Assembly: GCF_000485595.1 (NCBI RefSeq)
Contig: NW_014577086.1
Coordinates: forward strand, 179,452 to 237,393
Length of the DNA stretch: 57,942 nt
Reading direction: 5' to 3'
Source: Priapulus caudatus
Taxonomy: Eukaryota
The notes under the pieces were generated by a model. It ran no database searches. It was given only the letters and a program-made list of their open reading frames with translations, and had not been told where the DNA came from. This document shows positions 43,648-57,684 of this stretch, in pieces. Made by a program: the position numbers and the translations under genes. Each line of letters begins with the position of its first letter. Position 1 is the first letter of the stretch.

Positions 43648-46018
43648 GCTGCCGCAGCCCTGCGGCAACTGTACGCGGGCTATAGTACTAGAGGTAAGTA
43701 TCGCTGAGAGGGTCTATGTCCCCCGGGTTAGTGCCGGAACGTACCCTGGTACTATCTAATATACCGGACCGTACCTCGCCTACTCCACTAACGAGTCTAG
43801 GAAGTCGCCTGCACCTACTCCCTAACCCTAACCCTAACCCGCGTTGGACTCCCGTGTTCAAAAGTTAATTTATACCCCTGCATAAGTCATATTTATACAT
43901 ATTGAGTTTGACTGTCACCTTATAAGCAGAGTAAAGGACCAAACATTGAACAGTAGAGGTCATATAAATACAATTCCAAGCAGGATCTAGTGATGTGTTG
44001 TTTTGAGCCATCCATGATATATATATATACATGTACCTATAATCCGTCTAAAAGCAGAACTACAGTGTATCGCATTACATATATGTGTGTGTTTAAAAAC
44101 TCAATTAAGTACGCACCAGAATGCACAATTTCAAGCTGAAAAATGGAAAAGTTTCTTGGTGTGGGAGGGGGGGGGGTGCCCTAATACACTCTCCCCCCGC
44201 TCGGTCGCTCCGCTCCCTCGCATAATCTCACTCTTAACTGTAACATGTGTAACTCAAAGTTGGCAGCCCTGCAGTGCAATATCATTATGTTTGCGTTTGC
44301 TTGCGGTGGTTAGCAATGTAACTAGTACATATATGTCATCCTTTGAATCCTCTCATGTGCAGAACTTGGATTGGAAGGCTGTGAGTGGAAATCTCAGTTA
44401 AAGCAGTGAATTTTCTCAATGTGTACAAATTTAGCTCTCATTGTAGGAGACAGTCTCAGTTAATCCCCTGTGGCTCAGATGATCACCTATGACCTCAGAT
44501 TAGTGGCCCCATCTCCAGTCAGTCACTTATTTTCTAGTAATGATTATGTGGTACTTGAAACTAACTCAGGACCAAGGGACTATGTCGAAGTCAGAGAGAG
44601 TTAATCTAAACTTAAAGGAATCCTTTGAAGATGGTTCATGTCAAAAGCAATGGTCACGCTCAGTCGAGTGCTACAAATGGGCTTTATTAAGGAAAAAGGG
44701 GGGCCATTCTTTGCCTGAGCATGGTAAATTTTATGAAAGGGTATAAATTTTGCATGGAGAAAGTGGACACGGTGAGAAGGTCAGATAGTGTAATGTGTCC
44801 TTTTAAAACGATGGAGGAAGATATAACAATTATTCTAGATATACAAATATTGATATAAGCAGTCTAAGTCCATTGTCAGAAACATCATAAAGTTATGAGT
44901 AGGGTTAGTGCTGTGATACGATGGGAGAATGGCTTATATAATCACATAATAGCTTTAGCTTATATTTCACGCTCTGCAGTCGCTGAGGTACCTTAAACCT
45001 TACTTGGTAACAAGATTGGAGACTCACTGTCATCTCCATCAAGTTTTAAGGTATCTTACGCATTCAACCTTACTTAGCAACAATATCTATTTCGAATCAC
45101 AGGTAGGCTATGTACTTATCAAATCTAACAAATTCTGTGCCCATGGAGTTCCTATTGTTCTTCATCACTGCCTTCCCCATCTGAAGTTACTGATTGCGGC
45201 AGCTGTCGTCACTCATGCATCTACATGCATCAGTACATGGCATTGCATTTGTCTTGCGTAAACAGTTGCTTCTTGAGCACGAGGACTTGTCACATTTACA
45301 TGTCGTCAATTCGATAAGGCCAGTAGGAGCTGGGTCCTTTGTCATGAGCACAGGCTGAAGTGTTCCATCGTCTGTTCTCGACCACCCATTTCCTATAGGA
45401 GAGGTCAGCTGCTGTTGTGGTGTCAGGCATCTCTTCCACACAAAGGTCTGGTAGTTGGCTCGCAGAATGTGTTGATAAAGGCTGTTGGAGGTTGGTGGAA
45501 GACCCTCGTTCTTTTGCTTTCTCTGGCAAAACATCCAATAGCGAACATCATCTGCTGTACTACCAGCTTTCGTTGATGATGTGTATGCTGGGCAAATGAA
45601 TCACTCACATATATAACGACAGTGTCATCAGATGGGGGGTGTCGCCTCTCCAAGACTCACAAGACCAGTGCGCACTGCAGGGTTATTCTTGACTACCTTC
45701 CATGCCTTCTTCTTACCAATCTGGCATAGACCACTAGTAGTGTCGCATCCTGTCAATGCATGCAATCCAGGAAGCAAGGAGCACAGCTCTTCGCCTAGTT
45801 TGTCTACAGTGCTGTGAATGGGTATATACCTTAGCTTGTCTTTTACACCAGTGCGGAACCACAATTGCTCACACGGCAAAGCAGCAAATGTGCTAAATCA
45901 CACAGCACATCTGTGTCCGGTGACTGTATAACTACTCTCTTGTGGTCGTTATATATACAGACTGCGTGCAGCAACATTCGTGTGTCCGCCTCTTTGTGGT
46001 CGCTTTCTAGTGAGTTTG

Positions 46019-46308
46019 CCGCTTTCTCCTCCAAAACTTTGGGGATTAATTATGTCAAAGCCATTTACAGTAGTGAATAAAGATAGTAATGAAGTAATAA
46101 AATTGTCAAATCTTGCTACTGGTGTGGTTATGCCCTCGGATATCGCAAATCGCCTACTTGATGCAGAAAGTAGGCGATTTGCGATATCCGAGGGCATAAC
46201 CACACCAGTAGCAAGATTTGACAATTTTATTACTTCATTACTATCTTTATTCACTACTGTAAATGGCTTTGACATAATTAATCCCCAAAGTTTTGGAGGA
46301 GAAAGCGG
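46019..46308. repeat. Perfect palindrome with 141-bp arms and an 8-nt loop
   Basis: 46019-46159 is the reverse complement of 46168-46308; loop gatgcaga. Confidence 0.95.
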
Positions 46309-46726
46309 AAAACTCGGTCTTGAAAAAAGATGTAAAAATTAACGGACTAGGAGCCTAGGACACACTGTGCGATTTTCTACGCTGGTCGCTTGCGATCGAT
46401 AAATACGGTGCCAGGTCTACGCGGTGTGCGCGGGTCGGGCTGGCGCGCGTCTCACGTCAGCGTATTTCGCTCGCGATCGGCCCGGCTGATCACTCGCATT
46501 CAACGCGTTCAACCGGTTTTTCATCTCTTGCATACAAATACACCAGCGCGCCCAACAATGAACAATCGCGTTCGAACGCTTTTGGTGAAATTTAGAATGG
46601 CGAAATTTAGAAAGCAGAAGAAAGCAGAATTTGAGATTTGTAAAGCAGAAAAAAGCAGAATTTGAGATTTGTAAAGCAGAAAAAAGCAGAATTTGACATT
46701 TATAAAGCAGGAAACTTGAGGCACTA
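46279..46726. mobile_element. hAT-like MITE inserted in the Academ transposase, 8-bp TSD
   Basis: gacataat at 46271-46278 and 46727-46734; imperfect TIR taatccccaaagtttt vs tagtgcctcaagtttc; subterminal aaagcagaa repeats; removing it rejoins ...NGIMS-KPFTVV... Confidence 0.8.
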
Positions 46727-48562
46727 GACATAATGCCATTGACGGTAGACAGTAGTTTCTGTACATCTTTTTCGTCCCTCTTTAGCCTCTGGTTTCCACT
46801 TTCTTTGTGCGTGCCTACTCGTTCATTGCTCTCGCCAGAATTGCACATCTCCTTGGTTGCTGCGGAATATGCTGCTCTCTCGTGGGCGGTAAGAAACCAC
46901 TTCTGCATTGCACCAGACTTCTGTGTTATACTGACAATACACCCTCTTGTCGTGGAGTCACGATTGACCGTGTGCTCTAAAGCCATATCAGTCCAGACTT
47001 GCGAAAATGCCTGAGAAGATCTGCTAACACAGTGTTTCCCTTGCAGAAATTCTTGGTGAACCTCCGGAGCCTTCTCGCTCAACTTGTTCATGTCTGCAAG
47101 GTAAATTGGAATCCATCTCGAGTAGTTGGGGCGGTCCATTGACCAGAAGTGTGGAAGCATCTCTGCTGTTGCAGCAAGGTGAAGTGACCAATTACCTTCG
47201 CGCTCTGCCCTGACAAATCTCAGCAGGACCAGTACAATTTCTATGTAACTGTTCCAGAAGTTAAAGAGTTGCGATTATAAGCATGATTCTCGCTTGAACT
47301 CTTTAAAGAGCTGAAGAATGGCGACCACGTCTTCACACACAACGTTAAACCGATCGGCATGTTCTTCATTAACGTTCATGGTGTCCTCGCATCTTCTCAA
47401 ACTATCGGACAACTTGTCTTTGTTGGTTACTATTTGTTGCCGTTCATCTTTCTTCTTAGCAAGCAAAATTTATTCTATTTGGTGGTTAAAAGACAGTTTT
47501 TCTAAATATTCTAATGGTTTAGCCTTAGGGAATGTTTTCCATTGTAATTAATAATAAAATGTGGCTATAAGTGAATATTTAACACAGAAAATAGAGAAAG
47601 CAACGTACCTCATGTAGACGAAAATCCAAGAAGGCTGCCTTGAGAATTAGCTTCCCAGTGCATTATGGGTAAAACAATATTCAAAATTGTTGAATATTCT
47701 AAGAAAAGTGTTTTTCTCATCGTTCAGAGGAAAATTATTTGAAAAATTTATTTGAATACATAATCAGGACTTTCTCCTGTATATTGTATGGTTGCCCCTA
47801 GCAACTGTTGCCATAGCAGCATCCCACGGGTCCGGGGATAACTTTATTTTGTTCAGGTGCTGGATACACAGTCCAAATTTGTGTCAAATCGGTTCCAGAG
47901 ATATACCCATTACAATCATTGACATGGTGCCATATGTGCATTTACTTCATTATTATTTGACCCCCACCCCCCTCCAAAAATCGTCATGTATCACACTCCC
48001 TTTCCCCACAATTCATTAGTACACCCTCAATAAACTTATTCTGTAGGTATTTCTCTACCATAATCCGAAGTCAAACCAATTGACAATTGTGTAGTGGAGG
48101 TGCTACGATTTCCTTATTTAGGGCCTTTTTTCCGATTCTGCTGCTGGACTAGCATAAATTTTGGTTTTAGAGCGTGATTGGGAGACAGGTAGTGTTTCCA
48201 ATGTGTTTTAAAAAAATGAAAAATACAGGTTTTAATCATTATAATATATACTATTATTAAAATTGATATCTGTTGTGGAATTTCTTTGATAGTTGCAAGA
48301 CATTATAATGTTACAAGAAAATATGCTAAAAAAATTACATTTTTGTCACATAATGACATAATAATACTGTTATGATGATCTTTGAGATAAAAATCAATGT
48401 TATGAATAATGTTAAGACTAAAGTGTTTCTAATAATGGTCTGGTAATAATCTGGTAATACCAGTTACATTGCCATATTTTATGTGAAAATAATGGTTTGT
48501 AATAAACTAGTTTTATGCTTTGTAAAGTAGAACTTGGAAGCTATTTTATCATCAAGCTCTAA

Positions 48563-49591
<1,029 letters not shown>

Positions 49592-50853
49592 CCATGGTTG
49601 ATCAAATATGTATTAAAAAAGAATAATCAGTCGGATACTTGTATTAACAAGGTACTGTGTATTTACCATTAATAACATTAACAGTACATTTACGTCTGCG
49701 GTGTAGCTCAAAAAATGGTGTAAATCCATTATGGAACTATTATAGGCTGGTGATCATTTGTATTACTATTAAAAATGATCAACAAATGAATAGATGTGGT
49801 TATTGTTGTAATTTTCTACATAAGAAATTCAAAACTGAAAACTTTAGTTAGAGTTCAAGTAAATCAATTTTCAGAGTTAACATCCAAGGCAATATGTCAA
49901 AATATGGAACATATATGTTCGGTTGAACATTAGACAATTATGTTACATACACTTATGATCTGATGATAGCTGTGCTCTGTTCCTATATTTCTGCACCTAA
50001 CCTGCTGATGACAAGACAGTCAGAGTACAATAGTGAGGGATACAAAAATAAATGTGATAAATGAATGAAAATAGTTATCCCTCCAGCTTAATTTTAGCAT
50101 GCCTGTGCAGTGTGATATTCCCTTGTCGTTACTCTGGTCAAGAAATTGTGTATCCCCTTCCACCCAAGTATTTTGTTCAGGTTACCAGCGCTTGGAACTA
50201 ATGCTCGCCTGCTCACCCGAGGCTAGTAGAAATCCGTAAGGGCTTGTAACGTGTCTTGTTTGACCAGCCATGGTGACGAGTACCGCTAATACTCAAATCC
50301 ATGACTACTTTTTGTGCAACTGATCCCATCAGATTTAAGTGTAAAACAGCAGAAAATTGTAGAACTTAACGTTATCACGTCTCGATGACAACCATCTGGT
50401 TCCAGCGTTGCGTTGTTACAAAGCCATTGGAGCAACTGGAAGATGGTCAATCATGACCATGGGCTCAACATTAGTTACTTGTGAAAATAAGGACTGATGA
50501 CATACTCAATGCGGCTAACTTCATGATCATTGATTTAGTTACCATACATAGCAATTTTCCGATTGCCATTGCACTGAAGTTCACTTCTTGTTTTAAAATA
50601 ACTTATTTGAGTTGAAGGATGCATCTCAGATAGTCTAAAATCAACATTGTTCTGAGGAGACCTCCCCCCACCCCTACCCCTACCCCTGACCCCACCACCC
50701 GCTCACTCTCCTTATGTGAGCAGCTACTGGCTCGCCATTGTGCTTCAGTACCACACTCCAGAGAATTAAGGGGAATTCAATTTTGAGCAATTAATATTAT
50801 TAGACTAACAATTTATCTAGAGAACCACAACCTGATTCCACCCATCCTACATG

Positions 50854-52302
50854 TTTAGCTCAGCTGATGAAGTCAGATGCTTGTAGAATCGGATGATTGT
50901 CTGTCCGTCCGTGCGTCCGTCAACAGTTGGGCACAAATCTTAACCGCTAGACGTACGTTCTTGATATTCGGAACGTCGGGGGGGGGGGATCGCGAAAAGG
51001 ACTCGGGATGTCGAATTTGGGGGTCAAGGGTCAAAGTTCGAGATGTGTCAATGGAGTGGGAATATTTTCCCCTTAACTTAAGCTATAGGAGGAAATACGG
51101 AATTGCGGCACAAATCTCAACGGCTCGACCTATGCGCGCTCTTAACATTCAATGTATAGTGATGGGGAGGAAACCCATCACCAGCGCGAAATTTGAGGTC
51201 ACAGGTCAAAGGGCAGTGGGGAAAGATCAGATATCAGACATTTTCTGAGGACATGGTCTAACGGACAGAGTGAAAAACTTTTTTGTTTCAGCGCTGACCT
51301 ACCGTTTTTATCACTTTATTGAAAGGATCATGATATCTACTTTCCACTGACGTGCGAAGAGTAAGTGTCTGATAACCTTTTGACCCTCAAGAGGAGGGTT
51401 AAATATGGATTTGTTGACTGTTAACAAAGGACTGAACTGCCTTTGCTATTAGAGCCCCCTCCACCCACCCCTCCCCCCTTCCCCACCACCACCACTATGC
51501 TCGCGCTCGACGCATATCCATGATAACATGTTAATATAGCGAAGTCATTGAAGTTATCTTTATTACTGTACTACCAGTAGGTATAGCAAAGCCTATCATA
51601 GATTTTAGATCTGTATTAGTAGTATCCTAGATCATGGTTCGTACAGGAAGACTGAATTTTTTTTCAAGGACTTCAAGGACATTTTATCGGAAATTCAAGG
51701 ACATTTTATCAGACATTTTATCGGAATTCATACACAGAACAAAACATACCTGGATTAATTTAAGAACCCCATTCTTAATCACTGCATGTCACCTCTAAAA
51801 CTTACCTGGATCACATTAATAAACCCTTCTAAACACATACCGTGTCACTTCTACAACATACCTTGATTTACTGACTGATTTTAGTGACTTACTGTAATTT
51901 GTGATCATCATTTAACTGTCTATCGTGTCTATAGCTTTTTAAGCTCATTTAACGCAATTTTTATTGAGGTTTACACATTATTGATGGTACAAAATTTCTT
52001 TTTATTACAGGCAATGACTCTTTCTAAAAATTCAAGGACATTTTTATGAAATTCAAGCACATTTTCATGAAATTCAAGGACTTTTCAAGCACAAAATCAA
52101 CATTTACTAAATTCAAGTACTTTTCAAGGACTCCCCTCAAATTCAAGGACTTTTCAAGGACTGTACGAACCATGTAGATATATATGCTCTGAGCGCGAAT
52201 GTGGTGGCAGGAGGGCGCACTTGATTCGGTTGCCAGCGAGTTTATCAGAAGAATACCTGGCTACAGTACACGTCAGTTGAGCGCTGTCGCTCTGCGGCAC
52301 TT
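50854..52302 (+). mobile_element. HINE/Helentron-like element (copy 1), interrupted by a hAT-like MITE
   Basis: tttagctcagctgatgaagtcagatgc start, gtcc/gtct microsatellite, 3' end gcgctgtcgctctgcggcactt; inverted homolog at 56539-57385. Confidence 0.75.
51633..52174. mobile_element. hAT-like MITE with 5-bp TSD (copy 2)
   Basis: tagat|catggttcgtacag...ctgtacgaaccatg|tagat; homologous to 12285-12859; absent from the 56.5-57.4 kb host copy. Confidence 0.88.
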
Positions 52303-53044
52303 CTTAGCAATTCATTCCAATTTGTTCCAGTTATCATCAACATGCTGAGATTTACAGAAAATGGAGGTATGTGATCCATTTTCCTTGGGAGGCAAATCCA
52401 TGTGCAGTCTGTGTTCCGGGCACATGACTGGGCAATTCGCCATTGACCATGCAACAGCATCTACAATTATATTCCCCTCCATAAAAACTACAGTGGCGTA
52501 GTAGTGTATGATTGGCAAGTATTCGATTAACAGTTTAGATGGTTACGAGCCCAGCTGCCATGCCACTGTGGTACCCCAAACAATGGAGTGCTATGAGCTT
52601 CTCATTTCTTTCAAGTCTAAGAAATTCATTTGGTAAAGCTATTATCAATTAGCCAATCACATCGCACCTACATATTTCACAGCAGACGATTCTTTGCAGT
52701 TTTTAGTTGAGAGCGGTTCCGATAACTGGCTTTTAAATAATTTTTGTCAATTTGAAACATTAATATACATGACCGTAACAATTTAGAGATATTTTTTGTT
52801 TTATTTAACACTACCACAGGCAATTGCAGTTACAGTCAAGATTAAACCAGTGAACACCAAAGGATGTTCATTCATCTTTTTGTAATTCAGACATAGTACA
52901 CATAGTGACATTGTATACATCTAAAACATGTTTTAAAATTGTAAAGTTACGGGATGGATGCAGTCTCTTACCGAGCTGTAAAAAGCACCCTTTAACTAAC
53001 AATGCATGTGTAAGGACTTGGCGAGATAAAATGCAGCAAGTCTG

Positions 53045-53255
53045 GAGCCCGTTGTCAGAAACAAAACATTAACATTAGTCTTTACACCAACATTGTCTCG
53101 TAGACCGTCGACAGCACTTTGTTTTGTATTGTTATGAGGAAATCTGCTACGAATTTTGATTCAGGTAGCTTCGCAGCGTTTCTGTCAATGGTCTAAGAGA
53201 AAAAGTTAATGTTAAGACTAATGTCAAGACTAATTTTGTTTCTGACAATGGGCCC
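53045..53255. mobile_element. PIF/Harbinger-like MITE, CTG TSD
   Basis: ctg|gagcccgttgtcagaaacaaaa ... ttttgtttctgacaatgggccc|ctg. Confidence 0.8.
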
Positions 53256-53817
53256 CTGGAAAATTATACAGAGGTGGAAAATAACAAAAAGCAAATGATA
53301 TTCAATAAATATTTGAAATTGATTTCATTCTGAAGATGGAACTGTCCCTTATTCTCTGCAAGCTTTGTACAGCAATTTTTATTCTCGCTCTGTACATTAA
53401 TTTTATGATTTCATATATTTGTGAGCACTACACTGTGTGGTACCTTTTTCTTAGCAATATGTTATATGAAAATTGACACAAGCTAATAAAACAATGTGAA
53501 AATGAAGTCCACTGTTCACAGTAGACCTTAAAGACTTGCACGTTAAATACTATAAAAATGGCGAAATTTACCTCTCGCAGACAAGATAGCTACAGCACAT
53601 TCTTTCAGAGACAGTGCTTCATAACAGGTGATGAGTAAGTCACAATGCTACCAGTTATCAAGAACTATCCCAAATAGATTTTAATAACAGTACGGCTAGA
53701 AGTTTTAAGGGGTTACAAAGTAAAGACTTGTTTGAGTAGTTTACATAACCTATTTCAGTTGTCACATTTCACAGCTGTTTATTCTGCATGACAGATTGCT
53801 TCCAATCTGTGGCTGCC

Positions 53818-54251
53818 TTAAAGAGTGTCGAGTAGAACTTCTAGATCCTCTAGTTCATCCACAAACTCACTTCTCTTTTCAACCTTATTTATCTGGTCGG
53901 GATCAGGAACGGACAGATCTCCCGACTCAATTTTCGCTTTCAGGTCATCGATTTGCCGTATCTTCTTCTTCAGGTTCTTTATCTTCTTCTCAATGCCAGC
54001 CGAATCCCCTTTATCGCTGTTTGGTGGCACTGGCCGCAAGTTCGAAGAGACAGGCTGACTTTTGACAGCTTTGTTATGAGATTTACTTTGTGGATCCTCA
54101 CCAAAATCAGGTTCCTCTATTGTGAATACCTCGAGTTGTTCTGTCACAGATTCCTCCGTAATTTTTTTCTTCTCCTTCCTCCTGGCATGTTTCTTAGCAT
54201 TCTTGGACATAGGGGCTGCTGGTGAGGCTTCCTTTACTACAGGAGCAAGAC
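53818..54251 (-). CDS. PYM1: Partner of Y14 and Mago, last coding exon
   Basis: Acceptor ttatttattttaAG|GT (phase 1); encodes LAPVVKE...SKNAKKHARRKEKK...EKKIKNLKKKIRQIDDLKAKIESG...DQINKVEKR; stop TAA; AATAAA at 53778-53783 (-). Confidence 0.9.
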
Positions 54252-54281
54252 CTTAAAATAAATAAAACAATACTTTATACA

Positions 54282-55114
54282 CAGGGCCGTAGTGGCCGCC
54301 ACGGCAGCACGGCACTGCCGTGGCACTATTTTGAAAAAAAATAATTTGCAGGGAACCAAGGAGCTGACTGTTATCTGACTGAACTGTCTGGTATTACTAT
54401 TAATACTGATCAATTAGAGGTGTTATATCAGTGCTCTAAGATTTGGAATCAGGGTAAAAAATACACGGGAGCGATGAGCGATTCTCTCTTCAAACCTCCG
54501 AAATTGCTCCCGTGAGGCTCAAAATAGCTCTGGTAAAATTTTTGACGGGAGCTTTTTCCCCCACAGACTAGAAAAAGAGCTCCCGTGAAAAAAAACATTT
54601 TCCCCTTGTTTTGAATGTGTATTTAATATGACAAAGGTATTGTGATTCAAAACATACAGAGGATAGTGAAAGTATAAATGCTGATTGAAAATAGGCTTAT
54701 TTTTCAGAAAGATATGTACCCGTACTGATAGGGATAGTATATACAATTTTGTAAACAATGTTTAATAAGTTATCATACTCGTAATATATATTTTAGATAC
54801 TTTAGTCAAAACATCAGCTTTAGCTACATCCTTTTTGAAATTTACAAATTGACCTTTTAAAATGATCAGAATTGGTTGCTTTCAACATAAATTTTTTTTG
54901 AAATTTAGAGCCTGGAAATGGCATTTCCTGCATTTCCAGACTAAATTTCAAAAGTTTTCTCGGGGATGGCCCCCCAGACCCCCCGAATGGGCTTTGCGAC
55001 TGCGGCGTTCGCCATGTGTGCCGGCACACACCATAACCGCCACTTATGCTATTATTACTGGGTGATCCTACATTTTTCTGCAGTAGCACATTTTGGGAGG
55101 CCACTACAGCCCTG
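54282..55114. mobile_element. hAT-like non-autonomous element with 5-bp TSD, filling most of the PYM1 intron
   Basis: ataca|cagggccgtagtggcc ... ggccactacagccctg|ataca. Confidence 0.8.
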
Positions 55115-55370
55115 ATACACATACATACATATACACAGATACGCATGCGTACGCACATACACACATACACAATCACACGCACGCACGCACACGCACGTAC
55201 ACGCACACATGAATGCGTGCGCACACACACACCTATGCACACACACACCTATGCACACACGCATGCACACACGCACGCACGCACTCACAATCAAATAAAT
55301 AAAGCAACAGGTATAATTTCAATCCTCGGGCTGTCCGCTATGACAGTTTTGCTTCCTCGAGGATACGTAC

Positions 55371-55557
55371 CAACAGGTCCAGTTGGTCTACTTTTTACCC
55401 ACTGCCTGCCTTTTGTCTCATAGACGGGCACTTCCTCCTGTGGAACAAACCCTTCTTTTACTTTACGTGGTTTCCTCCAAGTGCCATCTGGACGCTGGGA
55501 TGCAGCGATAAACTTGGCACCAGTCTCATCAGACACATATTCTGTTGCTTGTGACAT
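55371..55557 (-). CDS. PYM1: Partner of Y14 and Mago, first coding exon (Mago-binding domain)
   Basis: MSQATEY...[35 protein letters not shown]; donor G|GTACGT (phase 1) fits the next exon, giving 187+434=621 nt, 206 aa; upstream acceptor tttttcttacAG at 55596-55597. Confidence 0.93.
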
Positions 55558-56538
55558 GTTTCTTGTTAGCAGCAACAGGAGCTAGCTGTACACATCTGTA
55601 AGAAAAAGTATGTTGATTTAAAAATGTGCATGTGCGTACATATAAATCAGTGGCGGATCCAGGATTTCAAGGAGGCAGGTGAGAAACAGACGGGGCGTAT
55701 GGGGTCCCTCCACCAGAAAATTTTTTCAAATGTAGATCGCAGGAGATGGTATTTGAGGCAATTTTGAGTACATGTACAAGCTTCATTCTGACTACGACAA
55801 TTCTCTTGTTTGTAAACCAATTCGTGCGCTTGTAGTGCGGCATCGATTGATGTACGGAGGGAAGGGGGCATTGTTTAAGTCGTGTTCATTATTGAATATG
55901 TATGGGGTGACCACCACTGGGATCAGGGCAACAGCAAACTCTTTCCTGGAATTGTGAAAAAAATCGGCAAAAGGGTTGTAACCTGATTTGCCACTCAATT
56001 ACATCATTTAACCCATGCATCAGGTGCTGTTTTGTACAGCCGCGTCACTTGGCAATAACTAATTGGTCACATGTGTAAAAATATTGTTAGCCACAGAGGG
56101 GTGGCTAGCCACCCACTCCCCCCCCCCATATATAATACAACATGACAAAATGACGACTTACGCGTATATCGTCATTTATGTAAGTCGGCACAAAAATTCT
56201 AGTCCCAAAAGTGCCGACTTATGCGAGTTTTACTGTACTACTAATCCCGTACTTATCAGGTCCTATGGGGTCCTAGACTACATCTTAGTCCTAGGACACT
56301 GTCAAGTTCAATTATAGAGCACAATTGATATATTCATATCATTGGCATTGCCATTCATTGGTCTACACAGATTCATATACACTGTATGAATCTGATCAAC
56401 TTCAAAGTTCAAGGATAGTTTGGGACCCTGCAAATTTGTTTTCGCATGTGCTTAACTAATCAGGGGTACTAAACTAGGTTTGGGCCTATGCATCTGTGTA
56501 GACCAATAATGGCCATTACATCTAACATACAATATAAC

Positions 56539-57385
56539 AAGTGCCGCAGAGCGACAGCGTTCAACTGACGTGTACTGTAGCCGGGTATTCTTCTGATAAA
56601 CTCACTGGCAATCGAATCAAGTGCGCCCTCCCGCCACCGCATTGATAGGCTTTGCTATAATACCGGTAGTACAGTAATAAAGATATCTGTCTAACTTTAA
56701 TGACTTCGCTATATTAACGTTATCATGGATATGCATCGAGCGCGAGCATAGTGGTGGTGGTGGGGAGAGGGTGGAGGGAGCTCTAATAAAGCAGTTCAGT
56801 CCTTTGTTAACAGTCAACAAATCCATGTTTAACCCTCCTCTTGAGGGTCAAAAGGTTATCAGACACTTACTCTTCGCACGTCAGTGGAAAGTAGATTTCA
56901 TGGTACTTTCAATAAAGTGATAAAAACGGTAGGTCAGCGCTGAAACAAAAAAGTTTTGCACTCGTTCCGTTAGACCATGTCCCCAGAAAATGTCTGATAT
57001 CTGAACTTTCCCCCACTGCCCTTTGACCTCCAATTTCGCAGTGGTGATGGGTTTCCTTCCCATCACACTATACACCGAATATTAAGAGTGTAGGTCGAGC
57101 CGTTGAGATTTCTTTTGGTCCGCAATTCCGTATTTGCTCCTATACCTTGAGTTATGGGGAAATATTCCCCCCATTGAACACATCTCGACCTTTGACCCTG
57201 ACCCCCAATTCACGTCCCGAGTGCTTTTTGCAATGCCCCCCCCCTCGACGTCCTGAATATCAAGAGAACTATCAACCCCCGTACGTCGAGCGGTTAAGAT
57301 TTGTGCCCAACTGTTGACGGACGGACGGACGCACGAACAATCATGCGATTCTACAAGCTGCATCTGACTTCGTTAGCTGAGCTAA
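56539..57385 (-). mobile_element. HINE/Helentron-like element (copy 2)
   Basis: Reverse-complement homolog of 50854-52302 without the hAT insert. Confidence 0.78.
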
Positions 57386-57424
57386 CAAAAATGGTAGATG
57401 ATGCTTGATACAAATTACGATTAC

Positions 57425-57481
57425 GCAGTGGCTGGAGGTACGGTAGCCGTTGTTCGTTGAAGCCCCTTTTTGGCGTTAGGG

Positions 57482-57520
<39 letters not shown>

Positions 57521-57684
57521 CTAGCTCATCTAAACTCTCAAATCGGAATTATTTCCCAAGGCGTTATTTCGAAATATGGCGCCACCGGCCGCCATCTTTG
57601 TCTCGTTAAGTATGAAGCGAATGGACTCCCGTACGCCGTAGCCTCGAGACATTAGATACGGCTACCGTACCCGTAGCAACTGCC
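57425..57684. mobile_element. TTAGGG-carrying MITE (opposite orientation to 38567-38869)
   Basis: gcagtggctggaggtacggtagccgt / acggctaccgtacccgtagcaactgc; (TTAGGG)n 57476-57520. Confidence 0.85.

Larger units (their letters stand above)
45187..47466 (-). pseudogene. Decayed Academ (AcademX-type) transposase: transposase core, XPG/PIN-like nuclease and C-terminal Cys-rich zinc finger
   Basis: Fragments FWNSYIE...FVRAEREGNWSLHL...MLPHFWSMDRPNYSRW; DMALEHTVNRD; HKEADTRMLLHA...SPDTDV; HALTGCDTTS...GKKKAWK; LPPTSNSLYQHILRANYQ; CKCDKSSC...CTDACRC. In-frame stop at 47275-47277, several frameshifts, N-terminus missing. Confidence 0.8.
44320..48151 (-). mobile_element. Academ-like DNA transposon remnant (left boundary uncertain)
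   Basis: Contains the transposase pseudogene; right end reads TAGTCCAGCAGCAG on the - strand (TAG terminus typical of Academ); matching left TIR not found. Confidence 0.45.

Noticed and set aside
52245..52700. Possible LINE remnant ORFs
   Set aside because: No diagnostic reverse transcriptase or endonuclease motif visible
55291..55370. Continuation of the PYM1 ORF (TYPRGSK...ALFI)
   Set aside because: Intron read-through; the donor at 55370 joins in phase to the acceptor at 54251
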